A program made the position numbers and the translations under genes. 32,000 nt of DNA. Origin: Methanopyrus kandleri AV19 (GTDB taxonomy: Archaea; JAADCQ01; Methanopyri; Methanopyrales; Methanopyraceae). The number at the start of each line of letters is the position of its first letter. The first letter of the stretch is position 1. Under the pieces are notes generated by a model that searched no databases, was not told where the DNA came from, and worked only from the letters and a program-made list of their open reading frames with translations. The stretch lies in NCBI RefSeq assembly GCF_000007185.1, contig NC_003551.1, forward strand, positions 1,620,001 through 1,652,000, given 5' to 3'. Positions 21,667-32,000 of this stretch are shown one piece after another.

Positions 21667-22548
21667 GTGTCGGAGCTGAACGTAGTGGAGCTGTTCCACG
21701 GTGACCTGTACTCCATCGCGTACCGGGCGGAGCTGGACAAGTTCCTACCGATGATCGGAAGGGCCCGCATCACCCCGGCAGAGCTGACGCTCGCGGGACT
21801 GCTGGAGTTAGGGTATGAGGTGGAAGTTACTACGTTGGAGGGGAAATCACTACCCGGTCGACGAAGGATCGAATTGGCGGACGAGGTGAAAGGGGTTGTG
21901 ACCGGACGATACGTGGAGGAGCTCCTAGACTCGGACCGCGTGCATCACCTCAGGCTTTCCGCTAGGTGTCTCGGGGCGGAGGTCAAGATACGCTACTCAT
22001 CCGACTGGAAGGTGGAAATAGGAGGCTACGAGGTGGACCCTTCGAAGCTCCACAAGAACCGAGCGTTGGTGAAGCTGCTGGAGTTCGTGTCGACGCGTGA
22101 GCCGTCCTTCACGGATCTCGTGGTGGACCTAGGGGCGGCTCCCGGAGGCTGGTCGTCCTTCGCGGCGCAGATGGCGGAGAACGTGGTCGCCGTCGACCCC
22201 GCGAGGTTGGAGGATCGCGTGAGGGAGCTGGAGAACGTGCACCATCTGCGTATCACGGCTCACGAGTTCGTCCTCCCCGAGATGATCGGGGTCGGATTCC
22301 CCGGGGAGAAGGTGACGCTGCTCTCGGACGTCTACTCCGGGAACCCCGAGGACGACCTGTATGCGGTCCTTCGACTGCTGGAGCGTCTCGAGAACGACGT
22401 CGTGTGGGGTTTCGTGAAGGTGGCACCGGCGGAGGACGATGTGTTGGAATGGTTCATGGAGGAAATCGAAGAGGCGGGGTTCGCGGTGGAGAACGTCAAT
22501 CTCGAGTCGGCGAGCTCGAACGAGACGTTCGTTTACTTCCGAGAGTGA
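21667..22548 (+). CDS. FtsJ/RrmJ-like RNA 2'-O-methyltransferase with extra N-terminal domain (RlmM-like architecture)
   Basis: 293 aa, GTG start. VVDLGAAPGGWSSFAAQ is the FtsJ-type SAM motif. The N-terminal domain of about 130 aa is unassigned. Confidence 0.75.
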   Translation: MSELNVVELFHGDLYSIAYRAELDKFLPMIGRARITPAELTLAGLLELGYEVEVTTLEGKSLPGRRRIELADEVKGVVTGRYVEELLDSDRVHHLRLSARCLGAEVKIRYSSDWKVEIGGYEVDPSKLHKNRALVKLLEFVSTREPSFTDLVVDLGAAPGGWSSFAAQMAENVVAVDPARLEDRVRELENVHHLRITAHEFVLPEMIGVGFPGEKVTLLSDVYSGNPEDDLYAVLRLLERLENDVVWGFVKVAPAEDDVLEWFMEEIEEAGFAVENVNLESASSNETFVYFRE

Positions 22549-22894
22549 CCGTGGTCTCGTGACGGTAGGGTGGGGAGCACACACAAAGTATCCTCAGCGT
22601 CTCCGAGCCGTCGTTCTCGACCCAATGTACCGAACCGCGGGGGATCTCCACGCAGTCCTCCGGATGGACCTCCAAGGATCTCGACCCGACGTGTACGATG
22701 CCCCGGCCCTCCAGGACCCAGTACACCTCGTCGAAGTCGAGGTGGTAGTGCGGTACCGTGGACTCTCCGGGCGGAATCTCCGCGACGGCCAGGCTCACGG
22801 TGTTAACGCGGGAGAACTCCGGGCGCACGACCTCGTAGATCAGCGAGCCGTCAAGGGTCACGTAGGGCACGGAGTCGCGCGGACTGCGTTTCAA
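22496..22894 (-). CDS. Cupin-domain protein
   Basis: 132 aa; PPGESTVPHYHLDFDEVYWVLEGRG and VEIPRGSVHWVEN are the two cupin motifs. TTG start in a TTGA overlap with the upstream amidase gene. The 3' end overlaps the convergent methyltransferase by 53 nt. Confidence 0.8.
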   Translation of the reverse strand: MKRSPRDSVPYVTLDGSLIYEVVRPEFSRVNTVSLAVAEIPPGESTVPHYHLDFDEVYWVLEGRGIVHVGSRSLEVHPEDCVEIPRGSVHWVENDGSETLRILCVCSPPYRHETTVTLGSKRTSRSSSPTRD

Positions 22895-24282
22895 GACCCG
22901 GTACTCCCCGTGAAGTTAGTGGCGAACGTCGGATGGGAGGCCGCGTGCACGTGGACGTACGTTCCCAACACGTTCGGGAGGTCTTTGGGCCGAAACCCCT
23001 CCCGTCCGCGCCAACCTTGACCCCGGATTATCCGGTACGCGCTCTCGAGACCCTCGGGCCTCACGAGGCGTGAGTAATGAAACTCGTGGCCCTTGAACGT
23101 CTCCCCCTTACGCGTTACCGGGGTGTCGTCCACGGCGCGGGCGACCGTGTAGCTGAGGCCTTGAACCCTATCCGTCATTTCGACCGCTACGTCGAAGACA
23201 CCCACCCACCTGTACCTGTCCTCGTTCCACCTGAGCTCCCTACACAGGTACATGAAGCCGCCGCATTCCGCATATATCGGGGCGCCCGACTCCGCCAACT
23301 CTCGGATGGAGTTACGCGTACTCTCGGCATCTTCCAGCTGACGTGCGAACAGCTCCGGGTAGCCGCCCCCGATGTAAAGCGCATCCGCGTCGGGTGGAAC
23401 GTCCTCGTCGCGCACGGGGCTGAACTCCAGGAGCTTCGCGCCGTTCTCCTCGAGTGCCTCCAGGTTCTCCGGGTAGTAGAAGTTGAAAGCCTCATCCTTA
23501 GCCACGGCGATGCGGCATTTGGTCGGGTTCACTTCCCAGGGACGCTCCCCGGGCCCCAGCGGACCGGCGGCCTCCGCCACGTCGATGAGCGCGTCCAGGT
23601 CCACATGCTCGGAGATCACCTCGGCCACTGTGCGGAGACGTTCCCTCATCTCCTCGAGGCGTTCGGGGGTCGGCACCAGACCCAAATGCCGGTATTCCAC
23701 CTTGAGCCTGCGGTCCCTAGGGACGTAACCCAGGACCTTGACGTCGGTGTACTTAACCAGGGCGCGTCGCACCTTGTGGTAGTGAACCTCGGACCTGATG
23801 CGGTTCAGTATCACACCGGCTATGTTCGCTCCTTCCAGTTCCGCGTAGCCCTTCACCAACGCCGCCACACTCTTGGTGAGACTCCGGGCGTCGACGATCA
23901 ACACTACGGGTGCGTTGAGGACCTCGGAGACGTGATACGTGCTCCCCCTCACACCGACGGCGCCGATACCCTCGTAAAGCCCTCGAACTCCCTCCACGAC
24001 GGCGAGATCGGCGCCCTCACATCGGTGCTCGAAGAGCCATCTGACGTGCTTCTCGCGGAAGAGGAACGTGTCGAGGTTACCGCACGGTCGCCCGGAAGCC
24101 AACCAGTGGTACGACGGATCGATGTAGTCGGGGCCCACCTTGAACGGTTGTACCTCGTAGCCGTCGGCTCGTAGCGCCTGAATTATGCCGGCGGTGATCA
24201 TAGTCTTACCGCAGGCGCTGGACGAGCCCGCGAGTACTATCCGGGGTATCGGCAACAGGGCACCCCTGTTTCCGTGTATCAT
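22891..24282 (-). CDS. Cobyrinate / Ni-sirohydrochlorin a,c-diamide synthase family (CbiA/CfbB)
   Basis: 463 aa. The N-terminal ATPase domain has IVLAGSSSACGKT and FKVGPDYIDP. The C-terminal glutamine amidotransferase has IYAECGGFMYL. I cannot tell the B12 paralog from the F430 paralog by eye. Confidence 0.85.
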   Translation of the reverse strand: MIHGNRGALLPIPRIVLAGSSSACGKTMITAGIIQALRADGYEVQPFKVGPDYIDPSYHWLASGRPCGNLDTFLFREKHVRWLFEHRCEGADLAVVEGVRGLYEGIGAVGVRGSTYHVSEVLNAPVVLIVDARSLTKSVAALVKGYAELEGANIAGVILNRIRSEVHYHKVRRALVKYTDVKVLGYVPRDRRLKVEYRHLGLVPTPERLEEMRERLRTVAEVISEHVDLDALIDVAEAAGPLGPGERPWEVNPTKCRIAVAKDEAFNFYYPENLEALEENGAKLLEFSPVRDEDVPPDADALYIGGGYPELFARQLEDAESTRNSIRELAESGAPIYAECGGFMYLCRELRWNEDRYRWVGVFDVAVEMTDRVQGLSYTVARAVDDTPVTRKGETFKGHEFHYSRLVRPEGLESAYRIIRGQGWRGREGFRPKDLPNVLGTYVHVHAASHPTFATNFTGSTGS

Positions 24283-24338
24283 AAAATTTGATATACAGGA
24301 CTTCCACGCCGACCGCTCGGGGGAAAAGCTTCACGGCC

Positions 24339-24533
24339 ATGCGATGCAGGAGATGCGGTTCCTCCAACTTGGAGGAGCGTGACGAAGGCGACTACGTCGT
24401 CGTTAAGTGCCGCGAGTGTGGTCACGTCATCGTCCGCAGGAAGGTAGGGTCGGCAGGTCTGACCACCGAGACACTGGGTATCGCCGTGGCCGCAGCAGTG
24501 ACCGCGACGGCGATCGCCTCGACGCTCGTGTAA
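24339..24533 (+). CDS. Small zinc-ribbon protein with C-terminal hydrophobic tail (64 aa)
   Basis: MRCRRCGSS...VKCRECGHV (CxxC...CxxC) followed by LGIAVAAAVTATAIASTLV; high GC3. The listed ORF 24288..24533 has 17 extra codons that overlap the AT-rich promoter patch at 24281-24297. Confidence 0.6.
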   Translation: MRCRRCGSSNLEERDEGDYVVVKCRECGHVIVRRKVGSAGLTTETLGIAVAAAVTATAIASTLV

Positions 24534-24716
24534 GAGGTTAGGGAAGACGGAAATTAGGGTCATCGGAAGGCCCGCACGGCCCCTCGCTCGTTGGATGTCC
24601 CGGCCCGGTACGCAACGGCGCCCATCCCGGGAGGGGACACCTCCCAAGTCGCGCCGCCACTGGGAAGTTGTGTGGCCGGGGCGGGGAAATCCGATACCAA
24701 CGCCCCGACTCCGTAT

Positions 24717-25907
24717 TTATTTCATGAGGTGCTTGGCGTACTTCAGGAGCGACGGTTTCCTGCTGATCACCTTCTTGGCCACCTTCACGACTTCCTCTCC
24801 CTTCACTAACCTGAGGATATCCTCACGGTCCAGCGCCTCCGCCAATGCGTTGAGCTCCTCGTTACTCATTTCGGAGAATATCTTAGACGCCTTCAGGGCG
24901 TATTTGAACGTCTTACCGAACTCTTCCTCCCACCGGTCTTGGTACCGTTTCAGGAAGGAGGCGGACGTGTCGTCCTCTTCGATCGCCTCGGCCGCCACCT
25001 CGCCCGCGATCCGACCGCAAACCAGGGAAGTATGAAGACCACCGCCGGTTAACGGGTTGACCTGGCGGGCCGCATCACCCACGAGGAGGATCCCGTCACC
25101 GTACGTCCGCTCGACGGGCCCGCACACCGGCACACCACCCACGTTCACTTCCACGGGGACGGCGTCCGCCACCGCTTCCGAGATCAGCTCGTGATCCTCC
25201 AAGGCACGGTTCAGTACCTTCAGCGCATCCCCGGGTTCGGATTCGGACCCTCGGATACCTAATCCCACGTTCGCCCGACCTTCGCCCTTCGGGAAGATCC
25301 AGAAGTACCCTCCCGGGAAGAACTCGGCGTCGACGAAGAAGTGCGTGGCGTCCTCCTCCACATCAACGCCCACCATCTCATATTGCGCGCAGGTACACAT
25401 CTCTACGGGTTTGAGCGATGGAACCAGTCCGGCGGTTCTTCCTATGCGTGATTCGATTCCGTCTGCGGCGATGACGATGCGGGCTCGGACCTCGTGCACT
25501 CCATCCTCGCCCTCGTACTCGACCCCGACCACCCGACCCTCATCTAACAACGCCCGTCGAGCATGCGCCAACAACTCGACCTCCGCACCAGCCTCCACCG
25601 CCCGAACAACCAACCACTTATCAAACACACGACGCTCCAACACGTACCCGTCACCGGGGACCTCGAACTCCTTCCCGTTGGGAGCGTAGATGAGGGCGCG
25701 CGAGATCTCGGTAGCGATCCACTCATCCTGGGGCTCGATGCCAGCGTGTTCGAGCCCGTGTGCACTTATTCCTTCGGCGCACTGTTTGGGGACGCCGATC
25801 TCGGCCTTACGCTCGAGTATCAGGACATCACAACCGGCCTCCGCCGCGGCCCACGCCGCCACCGAACCCGCCGGACCCGCACCGACCACCACCACATCGA
25901 ACTCCAT
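24717..25907 (-). CDS. Geranylgeranyl reductase (digeranylgeranylglycerophospholipid reductase family)
   Basis: MEFDVVVVGAGPAGSVAAWAAAEAG is the FAD-binding GxGxxG motif, followed by GVPKQCAEGIS and VGDAARQVNPLTGGG. The family start is ATG 25907; the listed ORF extends 32 codons further across the ferredoxin gene. Confidence 0.9.
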   Translation of the reverse strand: MEFDVVVVGAGPAGSVAAWAAAEAGCDVLILERKAEIGVPKQCAEGISAHGLEHAGIEPQDEWIATEISRALIYAPNGKEFEVPGDGYVLERRVFDKWLVVRAVEAGAEVELLAHARRALLDEGRVVGVEYEGEDGVHEVRARIVIAADGIESRIGRTAGLVPSLKPVEMCTCAQYEMVGVDVEEDATHFFVDAEFFPGGYFWIFPKGEGRANVGLGIRGSESEPGDALKVLNRALEDHELISEAVADAVPVEVNVGGVPVCGPVERTYGDGILLVGDAARQVNPLTGGGLHTSLVCGRIAGEVAAEAIEEDDTSASFLKRYQDRWEEEFGKTFKYALKASKIFSEMSNEELNALAEALDREDILRLVKGEEVVKVAKKVISRKPSLLKYAKHLMK

Positions 25908-25911
25908 AGCC

Positions 25912-26073
25912 TCACTCCCCCTCGTTCTCGATGGCGCCCGTCGGGCAAACCTTGGCGCAAATACCACAGTCATCGCACTCAGGACCGAACTCGGGCTTTC
26001 CACCGGAAATCGTCAGCGCGTCCTTGGGGCAGACCGCAGCGCACGCGGCGCACCCGAGACAGCGTTCGACCAT
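25912..26073 (-). CDS. 2x[4Fe-4S] ferredoxin, 53 aa (below ORF-track cutoff)
   Basis: My own translation is MVERCLGCAACAAVCPKDALTISGGKPEFGPECDDCGICAKVCPTGAIENEGE*, with two complete CxxCxxCxxxCP motifs. It lies 4 nt upstream of the reductase gene and 5 nt downstream of pus10. Confidence 0.85.
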   Translation of the reverse strand: MVERCLGCAACAAVCPKDALTISGGKPEFGPECDDCGICAKVCPTGAIENEGE

Positions 26074-26078
26074 GACTT

Positions 26079-27389
26079 TCAACTCCGATCACCTCCCTCA
26101 TCCAGAAACTCGATCACATCGAGACGCTCACATTCCGCTTCAACCTCAACAAGCTCGGCGAGACTGGGGCGAGTCCGTCCAGCATCTCCAGATATTAATT
26201 CTTTCACGTACAGTCCCGGGTCGCAGAGGAACTCGATGACGGCTCGATCTCCGTCGTACTCGATCAGCTTGGCCTCGTGAACTCTTTTCCTCCTAACTTT
26301 GTCCGCCCTCCTGTGGAGCACGCGCCTCGGTGTCCTCTGCTCTATCACACTCCTCTCCAGCCCCTTCAGGACTTCTCTCAGCTTGTCCTCCGGAACTGGT
26401 TTTCCGAACTTCACCCACGCTCGGTACCTCTTCCGGGATCGCTCGGAGAGGTCTTTTACCTTCCCGACGTCTTCGGGATCCCCGTACTCCAGTCCCACCA
26501 CCTGTACGTCGTCGCCCACCTTCCGGTTGATCTCTCCTTCGATCTCCTTAAGGTCGACATTCCGGCGCTTAGGGTACAGGAGTTCCATCACGAAAGGTCT
26601 ACCGTTTCCGAGCATTCTCACGTCGATGTCCTCGCGACCCGCGGCGTGGAACTTGTGCGACTCCGCCAGGAAGGCGTCCTTCAGCACCATCCCAATGAGT
26701 TCCTCCACGGACTCCGTGTACAGCTTACCGGTGAAATCGCAGTTCGGACATCCCGCCCCCCGGCACCGCGGGCAGGGCCACTTCGTCTGCGGGATCCCCC
26801 TCCTCAACTTAAGGTAGCGCCCTCGCACGTAGATGGGGCGTACGTGGACTTCGAACTTCGGATCCTCCAAGGAGGGCCGGAAATCGAACACCACCTCGAT
26901 ATCCGGGTTCCTCGGATCCGCGCGCACGTCCAGCAGGTGTTCCACCCTCTTACCGACCTCCCTGTTGAACTCGCGTTTGATGGGTTCACCCTCGACGCCG
27001 AGCGTCTCCCAGAGCTCCTTCTCGGCTTTCCGTATCTCCTCCGGCCATCTGGATCCCACCACGAACCCCCGAAACTCAAGGTCCTTCAACTCACACGCGA
27101 CTACCTCGGCGAACTCGTCCACTTTGTCCAGCACTCCACGGCATACACCACAGGGTTCGGGCTCGGGAGGGTCGTCGAGTACCGCTGCGGCCTCCTCCAG
27201 CCCGGATCGGGCGAGCAGCTCGAGTGTCTCCTCCTCCCCTTCCAAGTGTGCTCGCATTCCTAGGTACAGCTTAATGGCTCGACCCCGCTCCCTGTTCTCG
27301 AGCCCTGTCAACCCGTAACCGAAGGCCCGGCCCAGGCAGGAATCGCACGGATTGAACCGTTTCAGCGCCTCTCGTAGCCGATCGATCAC
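26079..27389 (-). CDS. pus10: tRNA pseudouridine synthase Pus10
   Basis: 436 aa. N-terminal CxxC/CxxC zinc module, THUMP-like middle, WPCPRCRGAGCPNC, and the catalytic region HAAGREDIDVRMLGNGRPFVMEL. Confidence 0.9.
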   Translation of the reverse strand: MIDRLREALKRFNPCDSCLGRAFGYGLTGLENRERGRAIKLYLGMRAHLEGEEETLELLARSGLEEAAAVLDDPPEPEPCGVCRGVLDKVDEFAEVVACELKDLEFRGFVVGSRWPEEIRKAEKELWETLGVEGEPIKREFNREVGKRVEHLLDVRADPRNPDIEVVFDFRPSLEDPKFEVHVRPIYVRGRYLKLRRGIPQTKWPCPRCRGAGCPNCDFTGKLYTESVEELIGMVLKDAFLAESHKFHAAGREDIDVRMLGNGRPFVMELLYPKRRNVDLKEIEGEINRKVGDDVQVVGLEYGDPEDVGKVKDLSERSRKRYRAWVKFGKPVPEDKLREVLKGLERSVIEQRTPRRVLHRRADKVRRKRVHEAKLIEYDGDRAVIEFLCDPGLYVKELISGDAGRTRPSLAELVEVEAECERLDVIEFLDEGGDRS

Positions 27390-27648
27390 GGCGGATCACC
27401 ACCCGTGAGTCGCTCCGAGAGACGTTGACATCGACGGATCGGTGACGACGGCTAAGACTTGCACCCGAGTACAACGGCAGCGTAAAGCGTCCGAGCGGTT
27501 TCATGCACGCCACGGGTTAGGAGCTCCTGGGTGGATCATTCCCGCCTTCTTCCGTCGTGGGTTGCCCTACCGTTGTCGATGCGATAACGCGACTATCACG
27601 CTCGCACAAAAAGTCAAAGCGCACTCAGGTGGGAAGACAGCACACTAA

Positions 27649-30475
<2,827 letters not shown>

Positions 30476-30479
<4 letters not shown>

Positions 30480-31831
30480 TCGGGGACCGGGGTGGGGTAC
30501 TCCCCCGTGAGGCAACCCACGCACAGCTCCCGTTTCTTCAATCTGATCGACTCGACGAGACCTTCTAGAGACAGGTAAGCCAGCGAGTCTGCCGAGATTT
30601 TCTCACAGATCTCTGGAACATCGAGGTCTGCGGCTATTAGCTCCTCCTTCGTGGCCATGTCGATCCCGTAGTAACAAGGGGACACCACGGGAGGTGACGC
30701 GATCCTCATGTGAACCTCACGGGCCCCGGCATCCCGCAGCATTTCCACTATTTGTCGAGAGGTGTTTCCACGTACGATGCTGTCGTCCACTACTGCCAGC
30801 GAGCACCCTTTGATCACCTCCCGGATGGGGTTCAGCTTTACCCGGATGCTCCGTACGCGCTCCTCCTGCTCCGGCATGATGAACGTCCTACCCACGTACC
30901 GATTTTTGATCAGTCCCTCTTCCATAGGGACCCCCAACGACTCCGCGTATCCCAGCGCCGCCGTCCGACCCGAATCCGGGACGGGAACCACCAGATCGCA
31001 CTCGACCGGGGCCTCCTCGGCGAGTCGCTTACCCATGCACTTCCGACATTCGTACACGCACCTGCCTTCGATGATGGAATCCGGCCGTGCGAAGTACACG
31101 AACTCGAACATACAGACGGCCTTGCGTTCCCTTCTCACGACTTTACTTTCGACGTCGCCCTCCCGAATCCAAACTACCTCGCCACGTTCCAGCTCGCGGC
31201 GTTCCTCCACACCTAACACGTCCAGACCTACCGTCTCGGAGGAAACGAAGAAGCCACGTTCGTCCCATCCCAGGCACAGTGGTCGGAATCCCCAGGGATC
31301 TCGGACCGCGATTAGGTCACCGTGACTCGTTATCACGGTCAGGGAGTACGAGCCTACCAACCGTTCCATAACGTCCTCGAACGCCTCGAACATATCGTCG
31401 GTCTCGGTGAGAGCGACCGCGAGCAGTCGGGCGATGACCTCCGAATCAGTCTCCGAAACGAAAGCATGTCCGTCGGAAACGAGCTCCCGCCTTAGCTCTT
31501 CGGAGTTCACGATGTCTCCGTTGTGGGCCAAAGCCAGCTCGCCCTTCGAGTACCCCACTTTGAACGGTTGGGCGTTGACGAGCTCGGAAGCGCCAGTCGT
31601 CGAGTACCTGACGTGGCCGATACCCACTGGACCCGAGAGCTTCCGCAGGTCGGGCCGATCGAAGACTTCGGTCACTAGGCCCATGCCCTTCTTCCCGACC
31701 AGTCGGAGTCCATCGTACACGCAGATTCCGGCCGACTCTTGGCCCCTGTGCTGGTTCGCATGGAGGATGAGGTAATTATAAACGCCCGCCTCGTTTTCCT
31801 TAAGCAGGTAACAGCCGGAAACCCCGCACAA
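30476..31831 (-). CDS. purF: Amidophosphoribosyltransferase
   Basis: 451 aa with a TTG start followed by the catalytic Cys (M)CGVSG. Also HRGQESAGI, the PRPP loop AVVDDSIVRGNTS, and C-terminal Cys ligands. Confidence 0.95.
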
Positions 31832-31858
31832 CCACTACACCCCCGGGCGGTACCCTAC

Positions 31859-32000
31859 ATGGGCACGGTTCTGACCGTAGCGGTCCTTCTGTGGTCGCTC
31901 ATATCGTACCCGGTCAACGCGGTCGAGCCGGTAGAGTACTCCACCCACGGAACCGAATCCCCCTTGGACAAAGGGCATTACGCGGATCACCGATTCGATC
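31859..32000 (+). CDS. Hypothetical protein, N-terminal fragment with signal-peptide-like start; runs off the right edge
   Basis: ATG 31859 gives MGTVLTVAVLLWSLISYPVNA/VEPVEYSTHGTESPLDKGHYADHRFD, open to the window end with GC3-rich codons. It is not in the ORF track because no stop lies in the window. Confidence 0.4.
   Translation, partial: MGTVLTVAVLLWSLISYPVNAVEPVEYSTHGTESPLDKGHYADHRFD

Noticed and set aside
23077-24174. 365-aa plus ORF, together with the other long antisense ORFs 11406..12257, 12687..13487, 26277..27263, 29548..30333 and 30710..31325
   Set aside because: Each is antisense to a gene with strong family motifs (CbiA/CfbB, NOP2/Sun, ArgB, Pus10, the membrane protein, PurF).

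Overview
This is a 32-kb, gene-dense archaeal chromosomal segment. GC is roughly 60% by eye, proteins are strongly acidic and Arg-rich, and GTG/TTG starts and 1-4 nt stop/start overlaps are frequent. Gene content fits a hyperthermophilic methanogen: archaeal ribosomal proteins, aIF6, prefoldin, Pus10, an FrhD-type hydrogenase protease, a CbiA/CfbB amidase, geranylgeranyl reductase and an AcnX-type dehydratase. Two of the three tRNA genes carry C at position 8, a peculiarity known from Methanopyrus kandleri, so I think the source is M. kandleri or a close relative (inference, not searched). I call about 42 protein genes. Four of them are absent from the ORF track: edge-truncated srp54, rpl39e, a 53-aa ferredoxin and an edge-truncated signal-peptide ORF. 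There are also three tRNAs (Gly-GCC, intron-containing Phe-GAA, Pro-UGG). I see no rRNA, no CRISPR array and no intact IS element. Most of the window is housekeeping. The accessory-looking part is 16.1-21.5 kb. It holds an AT-rich 338-nt island closed by a 21-nt inverted repeat, a GPYY/YLGK-motif protein, a frameshifted four-motif LAGLIDADG gene, and a degenerate truncated tyrosine-recombinase-like gene next to tRNA-Pro. Other points worth follow-up:
- an identical 9-mer (AATCGTTAC) at +8/+9 downstream of all three tRNAs;
- a 10-bp perfect inverted repeat enclosing the tRNA-Phe TATA box;
- a second frameshifted gene (HKD/PLD-like);
- an HTH-ferredoxin fusion translationally coupled to a flippase;
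- a ~400-nt non-coding spacer between pus10 and eno.
I found no clear-cut novel multi-gene system, and all functional calls rest on motif recognition by eye.
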